Below are positions 23,401 to 30,527 of a stretch of 64,000 bases of DNA, piece by piece (positions within the stretch are counted from its first letter, which is position 1; each line of letters opens with the position of its first letter). The notes below the pieces were generated by a model. That model did not search any database. It was not told the origin of the DNA and saw only the letters and a list, made by a program, of their open reading frames with translations. The position numbers and the translations under genes are program-made. Source of the DNA: a virus; the IMG/VR virus record IMGVR_UViG_3300006001_000012; one strand, 5' to 3'.

Positions 23401-26400
23401 AGACATCAATACTCCTTTAAACGCATTGGTGAGGCTGGAGACAGACATTAATTATGTCTTATTGGGAAGCAGCATGTATGTAGCGGGAAAGACCGTAAAC
23501 AGCACGACACAGCCTTCTGCGATAGAAGATTTTATTTATCGCTTGATGACAGAACCTGAATTGGCAGAATCCCTGACAAATGCAGAATACTCCAAAGACA
23601 ATTATATATTGAAATTTTTACAGGACGAAGATTTTGTAGAAGCTCTTAAAAAACTTCCCATTCCTTCTTTGGAAGCTCTGCGCGAAAAAGGAAATGACAA
23701 TAATACGGACTCGGAATACGGAAAACTCTCTGCCGCAAAGCACATGCAGTTGATGTTGAATTTATTTATGCACACGCATGTAAATAAAATCGGATCCCCA
23801 GAAGGCATGGGAGGTCTTAAATTCAGAATGGTGCAACAGCCTTTGATCACGGGAAGCAATAAAGGCAAAACGGTGTATATGCCCGTGCCCGTCATTGACT
23901 TTGCCAAAGAACATATTGAGTTATTGAGCACGGGAGGTTTATATATAGACGATGCAATCATAGAATTTTTGACAAAACAAATATTTGACACGGAACTAAA
24001 TCGCATTATACAATCTTATCAAAGAGAGACTCCTTCTTCTTACGCAAATTATGACAATGCGTCCAAACTCTTTTACAACGTATCTTCTTTTAATCATATA
24101 GAGATTGAAATATCGGATGAAAACAGAACTAAAAAAATGATGAACATCCATGAAATTCTTCATGAAGGAGCAGGAGTATTAAAAGCAGAAGTGAGAGACG
24201 AATTAGTTAAAGCCGCGCATATAAAATTAAAAAAATACATAGAAAACGAAACCAATGAAAAAATCAGAAAAAATGAAAAAGGAGAAACAGAAGGACAGTT
24301 GGTAGATAACGGATTTTTTAATCCTGATCCCGAATCAGAATATCCCATACAAGGATTGAATACGGGATATATGGGAAGAAACAATCTCAGTCATTTAGAG
24401 ACCTCTTATGACAAGATGCGTTTTGTAATGGCTGATTTTGTCATCAATAACCTTTTGACTCAGGTTTCCAAACAACAAATTATATTCAGCGACGTGGCTT
24501 TTTATTCTAAAGCCAAGTTGCCTTATACGACAACAAACGGAATTACGGAAATAGACGCGACAAAAGTAAGAAGTCAGGAATTTTTGAATGAGGTTACGGA
24601 GGCTTCCGCTTATACTTTGCAGAAGAGAGCGGTCAATGCCGCAGCTTCTGGAAACAAACTGGCGGACTGCGACAATCCCGCAAGCGAATATTCCAAAGAA
24701 TTTACGCATATCCTGCTTCAAGACGAAATAAGCGAATCTTCTATCTTGGGAAATCTTGCCGAAACCTATAAAGGAAGAGAACTTACGCAAGAAGAAAAAT
24801 CAGCATTGCAGAGATTAAATGAATTAAAAAACTCTTTAACTGAAAACGAGAAGATAACAAGAGAAGGAAATACAGAAGAAGTCAAAGCCGCAGAACAACA
24901 AATTAAAAAAATCAAATCTGAAAGAGACGGTCTGATAGAAACTTATTTTGCGGACATCAAACCTTATTTCAGAATTACGGGCACGGATTCTCAGCAGTAT
25001 GTAACTTGGCAGTTCTATCTGGAAATGCTTGAAAGAAAAGGAGAAATTTCTTCGCAAGAGAGACAACTTTTAATCAGAAAAATAGAATCGGGAGTCGATA
25101 ACGAACTTACGCAAGAACAGTTGGAAAGCATCATGAAGTTTACCATGAACCCCGCGAAACCCGTGTATTCGCAGAATGTCATGGAAAACGGAGTGCTCAG
25201 ACCCGTGTACATCAAATCTTCTTTCTTTCCTCTGCTTCCTCAGCTTACCAAAGGAATGAAGCTGGATAAATTGAGATTGACTATGGAAAAATTAGAAAGC
25301 GAGAAAAGTCAGTCAGGTTCTTATGTGCCCGCAATGGCTTCTTATCAATCCAGTTTTAAGGTAGGAGCTAAGAGCACCGCAGTACGCATGGAAGACGTCT
25401 ATAACTATGACATAGAAAACAATGATACTTCTGGACTTGCGGGATTAACCGAGTCTCTGAGCACTCTTCCCATGAGCGGATTTAAAATTCAACAGGAGTC
25501 TCCTTCCAAAGAAAAACATGCCTACGAAAGCGAAAGAGACGCACGCATCAGAATGGCTAGTCAGTTCTTCAAAATATTGATGGGCAATTTTATCAGCAAC
25601 GGAAAAACCCGATCTTTCCCTAATCTTTTTGACAAAGAACATTTAAAGGAATTGGGCATTGAATACAATGAATATTTAACGGGAGAAGAATTAAGCAAAC
25701 TTCAAGACCATATTTATTTTAAATACTATGACCTTTTGAGAGCAGACTTAGAAGAAAGCATGGGAATGAAAATTGACAGTAATTTTGACAGTTTAGACGA
25801 AAACCAACAAAAAGCGGTCATTGAAAAATTGCAAACTATCATGCTTGAGGAAATCAGGGTCAGAGGGTATCCTGATTATTTAAAAGACTCGGTACAATTA
25901 ATGGAGGATAAATACGGAAACTTGACCATGACGTTTCCTCCCATATTTGACACCAACAGAAACAAGTTTGAAAATTTGTTAAAAGCATTTATCGCCAACA
26001 GACTCATCAACAATAAACTTCCTGGCAACTCTCACGTATTGGGTTCTTCCGAAGGATTTGTTCCCTTTGACAATATAAGAAAGGAAAGAGAAAAATTGAT
26101 AGAACAAAATAAACTTGACAAAAATCTCAGAACGCCTGAAATCAAGGGTATAGATTTGCATAGAATCGTGCGAGACAGCGATTATATTCTCAGTACGATA
26201 AAGAAAATTGAATCGCAAAACAAAATATCCAGTAAGGACAATGATGCCATACAAATATTAAAAAGCAATTTGGCAACGCTTGAAAATATTAAAAAACAAA
26301 CGGCAAAAAAATCTTCTTTTGAAGGAATGTCGGCAGAGCAAAAATCCAAGATAGTATGGCTCAATGAAGATCATAACGGAGAACTTCGTTCTTCTTATGT

Positions 26401-29400
26401 AGAATACGACAACGGGGAAAAGAAGATAGTAAAGTCTCAGATTTTAATTAAATCTCATTTTAAATACAGAGACAGAGAAACGGGGGAATATAAATATGTG
26501 GATTTGACAAGCGATAAATATTCATATATAGGATATAACGGGAACAGGGTGCTCATGTTAGACAAAATAGATCCGCAACTTCTGGAAATGTTTACGTTCC
26601 GTATTCCCACCTCTGCGCATCAATCTGGAGCAATTGCGGAGATTGCGGGTTTCTTGCCTCCCGATTCCGAAGATCTGATAGTGGCTTCCAAAGAATATCT
26701 GGTGCAAATAGGAGAGGACTATGATTTTGACAAAAGGTATGTGTATAAGTCTCACTATTTCGTGGACAGAGAAGGAAACGTCAAAAAGATGAGTCGCGAC
26801 AATGTCAGAAAAGCCAGAGAAAATCCTAAACTTGCAAAAGAGATACAAATTACCGAAGATGTGATAGCAAATTTGCATGATGAAGTATTTGACATAAAAA
26901 GAGAACAAAATTCAGAAGCGGTAGAAAAAGCCGACAGATTAATGCGATCGGTATATCGTTATTTTGAAAAACAACGCATGAATGATAATTTGACTCCAGA
27001 AAAAAGAAAAGAATTAAAAGAATTTTATGACAGCGCGGAAAGCGATGTCAATGCCATTGATCAGGAACTCAAAGACGACATCAACAGAAGGATAAAAGAA
27101 ATACGAACAAAAGAGTTAGATGCCGAAAAACGCATTGAAAGATTAAAAGATTTGATGTTTGAAATAATGCGGAAAAAAAATGCGAGAACGGAAAAAATGC
27201 TTCTTGAAAATTCATTGATCGATTTCTATAAATCCGTATTCCTGACCACAGACGAAACGGTGCAGAGAAACATCATGAAATCTTTGAATACGGATGCGGC
27301 AGACGAAACAAGCCGTCTGATACATCAGAAAACGTCTCAAAAGAAAAATCCCAATATGAGCATGTTCTCCGATAATTTTCAAAGAGAACTTTTATTGAGC
27401 GGAGGGGCTTCTCAGTCAGGAGTAGGGATTTATTCCAATGCCATCGTATTTGAATCCCAATTGCAAAAACTGGGAGAAGAAGATAAATTGGTACTGTTTG
27501 CAGAAACAAATGAATTAAAAGAAAATACGGGAGAAGCCGACACTTTAAATATAGGAGGATTGATATTTGGAGGAGTATTGGGAAATAACGTGGAAACCAT
27601 AGACGGAGAAAGAAATATATCCGATGCACATGCGGAAAATCAGAATAATGCGGTAGATGACGTAAATAAACAGAACATGGGCAAAAGGCATGAGAACTCT
27701 TATACCATGCCTGTGTACGCGCTTATGGCGCATATGGGATTTGACATGTCAGAAGACGTAATCAATACCATGATGTCCGATAAAAACGGAAAGACCATAA
27801 AGAAGAAAATGCACATTCCTTCTCTGCTCATGTCTCAGCCTATCATTAAAGAATACGTGAAATTGATGGAACAAAGAAAAGGGTCGGGTTCAAGAGCTAA
27901 AGCAGAGGAAGAAACAGTGCTTCAATTATTAAAGAAATACGGAGTAATATTCCCCGAAGAGGGACCGGGAAGAGATTTTAAACCCAGATATTTCTTAGAA
28001 GATAAAACTGCAATCAAAGAATCTTACAGAGAACTGACGGGTCAAGTATTGTTTGACATGCTGGATGAAAACACGGCTATGAAATATCCGAGTCAGCAAA
28101 TGGCGGCATTGCAGTTGTTTTTTGAATTGGCGGACAAAGCCGCTCAGCTTTCTAAAATGCAACAATTGGTGAACGTGATGGGTTCTCGAAAATTAGGCAT
28201 CTCTTATTTTGAGACGCTTCAAAAAATAAATCAGCTTAACAAATTAGCCGAAGATAAAATAAACAGGAAATCCGTCATATACAATGAAACTAAATTAATA
28301 GGAGAAGTATCTGATGTGCCTGTGCCCAATGACAAAGGATATGTAAAGTTGGGAGAGTATTGGTGGAAACCTACTACTATTGAAGGCAAACTTTTGATTG
28401 ATACCCTCAGAACGGAGAATATGCTTATGCCTATACTGTTTCCTTACAATTCACATGCTTTGACTACGGTGGTAGATACCATATTGAAAAATCAGGATAT
28501 TGATCCCGCAGACGATTCTAATTACGCGATGGAAAGAAGATATGAGATTATGTCCGAATTTGTAAAATATATCAATGTTAATGCCGTATCTAAAAACAGC
28601 AATCCGAATTTTGAAAAAATGAGATTGTTCTTCAATGACAAGATAACGGGAAATAAATCGTTGGGAATGGTGCTTGCGGAATTAAGAAGAGACAAACCTG
28701 AATTGGCAAACAATGTATTTTTAAACGGATTAGAAACTACCTTCGATCCCAGAAATAACGGATATGCCATATGGAGAACCAGAGCAGACAGCGAATTTGA
28801 TCAGAATGACGAACAGAAAGCATTTTCCGATATGCTCAGAGACGACAGAGAAATAGGAGAAGTAAACGGAAGAATGATGACTATGTCGGATTTAGCGCAT
28901 GACTTAGTGCTTTATTCCTTTATGGCAGATGACAGAAACGGAGCGGTAGGATTTAAAAAGATAGTGCCCATGTCTTATCTTAATTCAACGGGCATTGCGG
29001 AAAACATGAGAACTGCTTTTGCGGAAATATCATATAACTCAGACAAATCCGATATAGACGCGCAACAATTTATCACGCAATATTTTCAACAAAATATAGA
29101 TAAATTATACAAAAGAAATTTTCAAACTTTAGAAGATTTTAAAACATACAGACGCAAAATAAAAGAGATAAACGAAAACAAAAGACCTTCGTTGGATTAT
29201 GCGATTATCAATAAACAATTATATAAAGTAACAGATACAGTTACGGGACTGGAAGAAATTCCTATATTAAGACATAACGGACTATTTAATCAATATAATG
29301 CGAATACAGAAATTCAGGAACAGGTAACCAATGTCAGAAAGATAGCAGAAACTCCGAAATATAAATTATCGGGCGAAGGAACTCCCATGCTCGGCGTTAT

Positions 29401-30526
29401 GAAAAACAATAAAGCGGTAAGCTATATAGACGCAAAGAAAGTAGATGACAGAATTAATAAGTTTACTACTATGGATGAATTGATAGGAAACATTAAATAT
29501 GAAGAACTGAGCGAACAGGAAAAAATAATATATAATCATATAAAACCTTATTTAAACCAAGTACCCATAGAATTTCAAAAGCATCTCAGAAACGGTTCTT
29601 TGGGAGCTTATAACCCTAAAACCAATGTAATAGTACTCAATGCGGATGCGTATCAAATATTGGCAAACAGGTATCAGGATTTAGAAATTGTTAAAAAGAG
29701 ATTCAGAGAACTGATATTTGAAGAAGCCTTACATTCCATTACCGTAAATCAATTAAAAGAATTTATCGAAGTAGATAAGGATACCAGACAAATTACGGGA
29801 TTTAAAACAAAACCAGAAAAACTTCCTTCTTTTGTAACTACTATCGTAGCCATGTTTGAAATGGCAAGAACGGCAGTACCTCACGATAAAAATGATTTAT
29901 CCACTTATTATTCTAAAGACGTATTTGAATTTATAGCGGGCATGTTTGTATCCGAAGATTATCGCAAAAGATTAGAGGACAGCCGTTCTGGTTTCTTAGA
30001 ACAATTTGCAAGAGGGATAGTAAGAGTATTCCAACATCTGTTCAACATTGAATCAAAGAAAGAAACAGGACAAACGAAACCAGAAGAAAAATATAAAAAT
30101 GAGTTTTATGCAGCCGTAAAACAATTAATTGTCAAAAGCAATATCCAGGACATAAAAAGGACTGCTCCCGACATAAAAGACAATTATGAAGTCGATAAAA
30201 CCAATGAAGTCGATAAAACTCCTGATATTGCGGGAAATCAGGAAACACGGTCAGAAACAGAAGCAGAAATAGAAACGCCCGATGAAGCCATAGACAATGA
30301 CATATTAGGCATATTTAAAGGTATTCCCAGCGCAAGTTCTGGAATTGAAAAAACACAAGACGATTTTGATATGGACGATACCGTAAAAGACATTAATATA
30401 TTGGAAGATGCTCCCGAAATGAAATCTGACAACGATGAAATTCATGAAAGTCCCATGAAAGAAGAAAGAGTAAGAGAATTGACAATGGAAGATTTAGAAG
30501 AAATGCCCGTACTAAAATGCTCATAA
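11441..30526 (+). CDS. Giant multidomain virion RNA polymerase (crAss-like two-barrel RNAP) with DprA-like and zincin-like domains
   Basis: Uninterrupted 6361-aa ORF. FRIPTSAHQS is followed by the metal-binding DxDxD motif in QIGEDYDFDK (26717-26731). TDSQQY and KPVY...YIKSS segments lie upstream. Long coiled coils and hydrophobic segments occur near the N-terminus. Confidence 0.85.
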   Translation: MGRLGDDIKLGFLENLRSAEEMDPEMAAKDYATYESLRRRLLAEGIDIRTYKKPAEEEYEDATETTETPVSPPSVVSTPSVVSTPSVVSTPSSVIADTVRTPMPPDLPPARKEDGTELTQQEKEQWYKENETAGGKKLTKEEKEKQKKIKEIEKTPAYLIYANNVRKAAIEEQLKETALYKEKIKGLEPNEIMASGELEDLVLKQKVEPELPDRYREVIRRIHSIEASSKALNNQNTAEKDYDEAKGFLSNAGNLIAYKWYDWTTRDNTTSGMSPKVAKEYRELLKERDKLLKPVAHDHMEKFNAKKDPMVAYQKQPFYKVEGNYKYRTTRIGTIVKTEEYYRVPKSEVASQEEANSLSKEALEKYRKKYDDNEILIEKIDDASQRLKDYINDEGLYAGFMSQKKQWLTGGLYGLKELSESAGIAYKARKKGWDSLTDYEKEVLEIEQLKQGVQHLDMGKNNFMYALGEGFAVSIPLIQQILLTAGTGTSLAAGVSAISGLGRRIAQQSLRNAAEASIRTLFRSITIGAANITRSQGWRMLGLRGIEKGIINPLVNIGTQTALSPFSYSRAAERYIGPLQYVEDENGKGQILLTENMRLSFLQQGKAELIKLENQFDEVEKIKDPKEREEAERKLHLRYLELRKQIDSIYDPYGKDPEQVIKEVGIGAALAYGWGEGFKELFSERFVGQWASALTRPAGRFLGKGIGKAWDMVSNPTLRKVFNGKALGTPADALDEMNMLAKKFGKARNGAFSKNAFFHIKLGNLWHGLLPEMAEEIAVSLTPSIGAGWSSKEYEEQLKELRTQEFYVNVLSQTALMGGTMIGASYAHHLGNYYLSKSYNEDYKQLKAEKRMLRDLFQAIDQGVENDELVKKIMMSVNDATYFTQDYQEQISKLRAENTKASHEQANALEQAQFYNHAITAMKTGQLKAFKRSLERQIEQRNESTETEETKRTMESVVKAMQTIEYLQEIQEKYEEHPNQGALINLEINRLHNKRNIEELNKNIDDKTKQAELIAAIEAFKIAEQAKWDSPDNVDENGNRLNLDKDGKQIEYEYKDYVLNFADLSANDMQFLSSVMNAGLDANNIISSMMFRDMNQGMINEYQMQIAAGANEKVIKQVRAQELKEQKEQIDNSKDIKALQQIVDSLIITDDKLKALAQAKINKLNGIAQITGSADTAWKAVHRNSNQGLVDPEAKGLMDEIGKNKNQPKPEQPKHGSPKNPSGRQTQTQQEETPQTPSKPYKSSKARQLMNRLNDQPSKRADVERLEAEVASHRIVFGNETKEERKIREAKLNEYEKQLNVARAILTGINNEIEKILQERIKEIKERIAQERYIRKSLIVNKKQKVKYERDLAKLNNKKKLTPTEEKQKKQLTEDIKSLNKSINEDIKRLNELEILNRHDKQRITQNQLTKTNTKFKGKDFKKLVMGGIFWGYRHRFNASTLSGGSVDQLNDLIETIEEVLKKMDAHKRKKGGKENGTRQEQRKNMLQWLEAAKHNLQIHEEILEESIVLTNTADIVETEEDQKKIVTLKNKIEASERLLKIKEEKRDNFGEADTKKKKIQLEAINTDINTYETNLEGYRKELAELEFEVENELRRQRGEELLEREIPQAKEEKQEQEQEQEENELSESEKQDKLESLKKELERLDAEIDHLSKQGTELKEKRIELESKIALESRSEKATDEAERAKEIEEIEKLKKEIDDLYDKEWESSRQRADIEKEIQDLEEGELEKPEKSKDRLINEARNRLFTKNRDLRSNKRTLQRLHRTGGAEKTIKYFEGEIEKDEAEIIAIEKELKDLENRTQSVPQQENQQENQQEQNQEQNQETPETEQEREQNQEEQKRQKEREKKQSEIDSLRKEYEELDAKEEVNRNEIKKLEEEKKKLSEIENKDERKKKEEKLQKTIDELKEKNKDILFNIVSIENKLQELHKENFKDEAGQSGNPLIDDAKYRLMVKKEELKRIKRYLQRAQKRGDGIAKTFEEQIKDTVAEITAIEKELQELGAVAEKQNQQETPPVTQQTQPAPKAAPPATTREGKIKELEKLDDQIAELEIQYNLAQGEADGADNSLNFYDRQENKGTKELHSEKIKKLEKLKEEKEKIANDLANQLHSLQEKRDALEEELYTEEFGAEEAPFKEHDDFKTNELQKELQKSREMIKNLRKKLARNLREAKKIKERFDKQDDIKQKAVEANTANHYYTQSYISPEEHAKQRQETEERIAKLEKRIAEIEKTLNISKETSKTETTKTEEQKQPVQLDPKTEAKKKKYEEELAALQAQLNKEKDPRKIAKLKIAIKDTTSLIDGLGKKVPVVQPQLEREHEEPIPENNEEDNEETPADETNTDDTPVKELNPDEFYLSPQTEGLSPEDEALRNKTLPVVDKLKEVAELEGKTAPTFDDYIKYMQMQYLKLRGKAGLEEMETFFMSFAKAWKLAGMTFKEGEIMAAHKNNFANILAEKAKIQQQQTQQQTQQTSNPQMVNAQNQATNTKAQQTTKELVNPNKPGDQTAKGQVKKAEEDKRSKSEEIKLPVYGEVTERTGTKKFNLVQRAWQVVKAIGNHFIFDSNFASIAEREAIDNPQSLTARQYDDDDYIMPSGYSDVTNLTLIDRNEQAQTPLIIDKKGVTWGEAKAKAQQIYQGDLYQQWFDQFVPMRVVYAGKMNRTRNEQGEEVQGEDAISIVRNHEFYRDQHESVAAGGEEAARKTRALRRTVGRTEEKRLPIRFKNRSYGTWRSLADQYETVTDANGGQKLQRKFPIENIGEKGVSVELVLVRRFKDGTVKYETADKKPFEKALLTSLRPGLNAGNKSVETGESNVSTVIMVHAYTDSAGKQYYVPITVMTQQQEDGKFRLQEEVLNTVKYSVLAGMMARVQKMANIEAENNEALRKKNPNMKTENLPSTAKNMMESLIKLFEEKYGIKKSQLDAIAKSIKDGGLSINTEDGLTEYIESFCKNPVEGQEHAVRAMVKYFTDELNNIQNALIKNKDSKQIDPIINSGLEAFSNMFNKVMGEKGSFRDKFKVRFNLKSALNKNKVTVIDKDGNVKPDKKSYNDTMLDFYYTEIALTPIDTIDGEKKLAVDVSPHIELDYTEDGMEEAPSETPPAQGQQQGFKMQTPDPIPETEDAPEKEEKEEKEEKKEEKEEKKEEKKEEKKEEKKEEKKEEKAPVAESKHTTNARWMGLAHLAWSRESINNLIQKIAQEGMTLQQFFELGTKGKRAVWRSKFKLTDDRIKDLEKINSKAVLKKNEAMSERLEKEGVEIISITDAKSYPQSLIEKLGKAKAPTILYIKGNKAILQKGAITIVGSRDVSPRGLNFARHVAGLVVKAGKAVVSGFADGTDKAAAIAALNNGGQSIAVLPQGILTYGKDKDFDFDSHVTKDGNLVMVSEFPPEKKRTRDMVMQRNATVYALGEEVFVGESVKKGDTWKGALEWLKRGSQMRIHVLKPATEKEKTANQDLIDIKEGVIAVDPEMNKLPVHTARQITREEELQLKQEEENRKKQEQKTKTEQELEKLAQEVNTKFIKDGKTPQEAAALTDKMVAGQRNAITEEEKAEREKKKKEELKNNPKQVSGLTIEEQQILLNSIKHKIALELAKLFPANFNKENIKRIIQEQIQAVLNKGIADISKISGALGSINTKMAKDNVQTQKDLLEKWQSALEEYSKLESELLSYWSKFTAVDLSTEEETGNEEMGDKNEAYGKSSFEKNIMLSFSNQMKLLFYGIVSTHPGTGRARVNSMNIEQYVSPEEAYAKVLDVTTSVDSNWTAILTEFNKRYNTVKRKAIDEEGNEYEIGNEIYKELLTRVKTLQLSQNKRLRNEMLYKMSAKKLTMHKLVIDFGKRATDKKGKFIQFNGKPVYKSAGIQVLDENSNKSLIKIKRKIVNSFVENFGINDNGKTILNKQFVQERLAEIETILDTKIKTDPVMIKTLLDKIGFGNISELAIDQFISNPNGNKDFQLYGDAGLITLLNKNLRKLMEKAKNNPKFEINNEDNTINILKDINTPLNALVRLETDINYVLLGSSMYVAGKTVNSTTQPSAIEDFIYRLMTEPELAESLTNAEYSKDNYILKFLQDEDFVEALKKLPIPSLEALREKGNDNNTDSEYGKLSAAKHMQLMLNLFMHTHVNKIGSPEGMGGLKFRMVQQPLITGSNKGKTVYMPVPVIDFAKEHIELLSTGGLYIDDAIIEFLTKQIFDTELNRIIQSYQRETPSSYANYDNASKLFYNVSSFNHIEIEISDENRTKKMMNIHEILHEGAGVLKAEVRDELVKAAHIKLKKYIENETNEKIRKNEKGETEGQLVDNGFFNPDPESEYPIQGLNTGYMGRNNLSHLETSYDKMRFVMADFVINNLLTQVSKQQIIFSDVAFYSKAKLPYTTTNGITEIDATKVRSQEFLNEVTEASAYTLQKRAVNAAASGNKLADCDNPASEYSKEFTHILLQDEISESSILGNLAETYKGRELTQEEKSALQRLNELKNSLTENEKITREGNTEEVKAAEQQIKKIKSERDGLIETYFADIKPYFRITGTDSQQYVTWQFYLEMLERKGEISSQERQLLIRKIESGVDNELTQEQLESIMKFTMNPAKPVYSQNVMENGVLRPVYIKSSFFPLLPQLTKGMKLDKLRLTMEKLESEKSQSGSYVPAMASYQSSFKVGAKSTAVRMEDVYNYDIENNDTSGLAGLTESLSTLPMSGFKIQQESPSKEKHAYESERDARIRMASQFFKILMGNFISNGKTRSFPNLFDKEHLKELGIEYNEYLTGEELSKLQDHIYFKYYDLLRADLEESMGMKIDSNFDSLDENQQKAVIEKLQTIMLEEIRVRGYPDYLKDSVQLMEDKYGNLTMTFPPIFDTNRNKFENLLKAFIANRLINNKLPGNSHVLGSSEGFVPFDNIRKEREKLIEQNKLDKNLRTPEIKGIDLHRIVRDSDYILSTIKKIESQNKISSKDNDAIQILKSNLATLENIKKQTAKKSSFEGMSAEQKSKIVWLNEDHNGELRSSYVEYDNGEKKIVKSQILIKSHFKYRDRETGEYKYVDLTSDKYSYIGYNGNRVLMLDKIDPQLLEMFTFRIPTSAHQSGAIAEIAGFLPPDSEDLIVASKEYLVQIGEDYDFDKRYVYKSHYFVDREGNVKKMSRDNVRKARENPKLAKEIQITEDVIANLHDEVFDIKREQNSEAVEKADRLMRSVYRYFEKQRMNDNLTPEKRKELKEFYDSAESDVNAIDQELKDDINRRIKEIRTKELDAEKRIERLKDLMFEIMRKKNARTEKMLLENSLIDFYKSVFLTTDETVQRNIMKSLNTDAADETSRLIHQKTSQKKNPNMSMFSDNFQRELLLSGGASQSGVGIYSNAIVFESQLQKLGEEDKLVLFAETNELKENTGEADTLNIGGLIFGGVLGNNVETIDGERNISDAHAENQNNAVDDVNKQNMGKRHENSYTMPVYALMAHMGFDMSEDVINTMMSDKNGKTIKKKMHIPSLLMSQPIIKEYVKLMEQRKGSGSRAKAEEETVLQLLKKYGVIFPEEGPGRDFKPRYFLEDKTAIKESYRELTGQVLFDMLDENTAMKYPSQQMAALQLFFELADKAAQLSKMQQLVNVMGSRKLGISYFETLQKINQLNKLAEDKINRKSVIYNETKLIGEVSDVPVPNDKGYVKLGEYWWKPTTIEGKLLIDTLRTENMLMPILFPYNSHALTTVVDTILKNQDIDPADDSNYAMERRYEIMSEFVKYINVNAVSKNSNPNFEKMRLFFNDKITGNKSLGMVLAELRRDKPELANNVFLNGLETTFDPRNNGYAIWRTRADSEFDQNDEQKAFSDMLRDDREIGEVNGRMMTMSDLAHDLVLYSFMADDRNGAVGFKKIVPMSYLNSTGIAENMRTAFAEISYNSDKSDIDAQQFITQYFQQNIDKLYKRNFQTLEDFKTYRRKIKEINENKRPSLDYAIINKQLYKVTDTVTGLEEIPILRHNGLFNQYNANTEIQEQVTNVRKIAETPKYKLSGEGTPMLGVMKNNKAVSYIDAKKVDDRINKFTTMDELIGNIKYEELSEQEKIIYNHIKPYLNQVPIEFQKHLRNGSLGAYNPKTNVIVLNADAYQILANRYQDLEIVKKRFRELIFEEALHSITVNQLKEFIEVDKDTRQITGFKTKPEKLPSFVTTIVAMFEMARTAVPHDKNDLSTYYSKDVFEFIAGMFVSEDYRKRLEDSRSGFLEQFARGIVRVFQHLFNIESKKETGQTKPEEKYKNEFYAAVKQLIVKSNIQDIKRTAPDIKDNYEVDKTNEVDKTPDIAGNQETRSETEAEIETPDEAIDNDILGIFKGIPSASSGIEKTQDDFDMDDTVKDINILEDAPEMKSDNDEIHESPMKEERVRELTMEDLEEMPVLKCS
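11655..11715 (+). repeat. 18-bp tandem repeat (about 3.4 copies, PSVVST) in the vRNAP N-terminus
   Basis: ccttcggtagtttctact occurs three times perfectly, plus a partial copy. Confidence 0.95.
20795..20909 (+). repeat. Purine-rich EKE/EKKE low-complexity tandem repeat (linker before the DprA domain)
   Basis: 9-nt and 12-nt units encode EKEEKEEKEEKKEEKEEKKEEKKEEKKEEKKEEKKEEK. Confidence 0.9.
20939..21820 (+). other. DprA/Smf (SLOG superfamily) domain embedded in the vRNAP ORF
   Basis: YPQSL...APTILYIKGN...ITIVGSR...VVSGFADGTDKAAAIAAL...SIAVLPQG...VSEFPP...QRN..VYAL...VGES..KGDTW.GA matches the canonical DprA motif series. Confidence 0.9.
29560..29950 (+). other. Zincin-like metallopeptidase (MPTase-type) domain with variant EEALH motif in the vRNAP ORF
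   Basis: LGAYNPKTNVIVLN...LIFEEALHSIT (29720-29734)...DVFEFIAGMF shows zincin architecture, with the first His of HExxH replaced by Glu. Confidence 0.65.
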
Positions 30527-30527
30527 T

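Noticed and set aside
30186..30219. 18-bp duplication (EVDKT twice) near the vRNAP C-terminus
   Set aside because: Only two copies in a disordered acidic tail, which is ordinary slippage.
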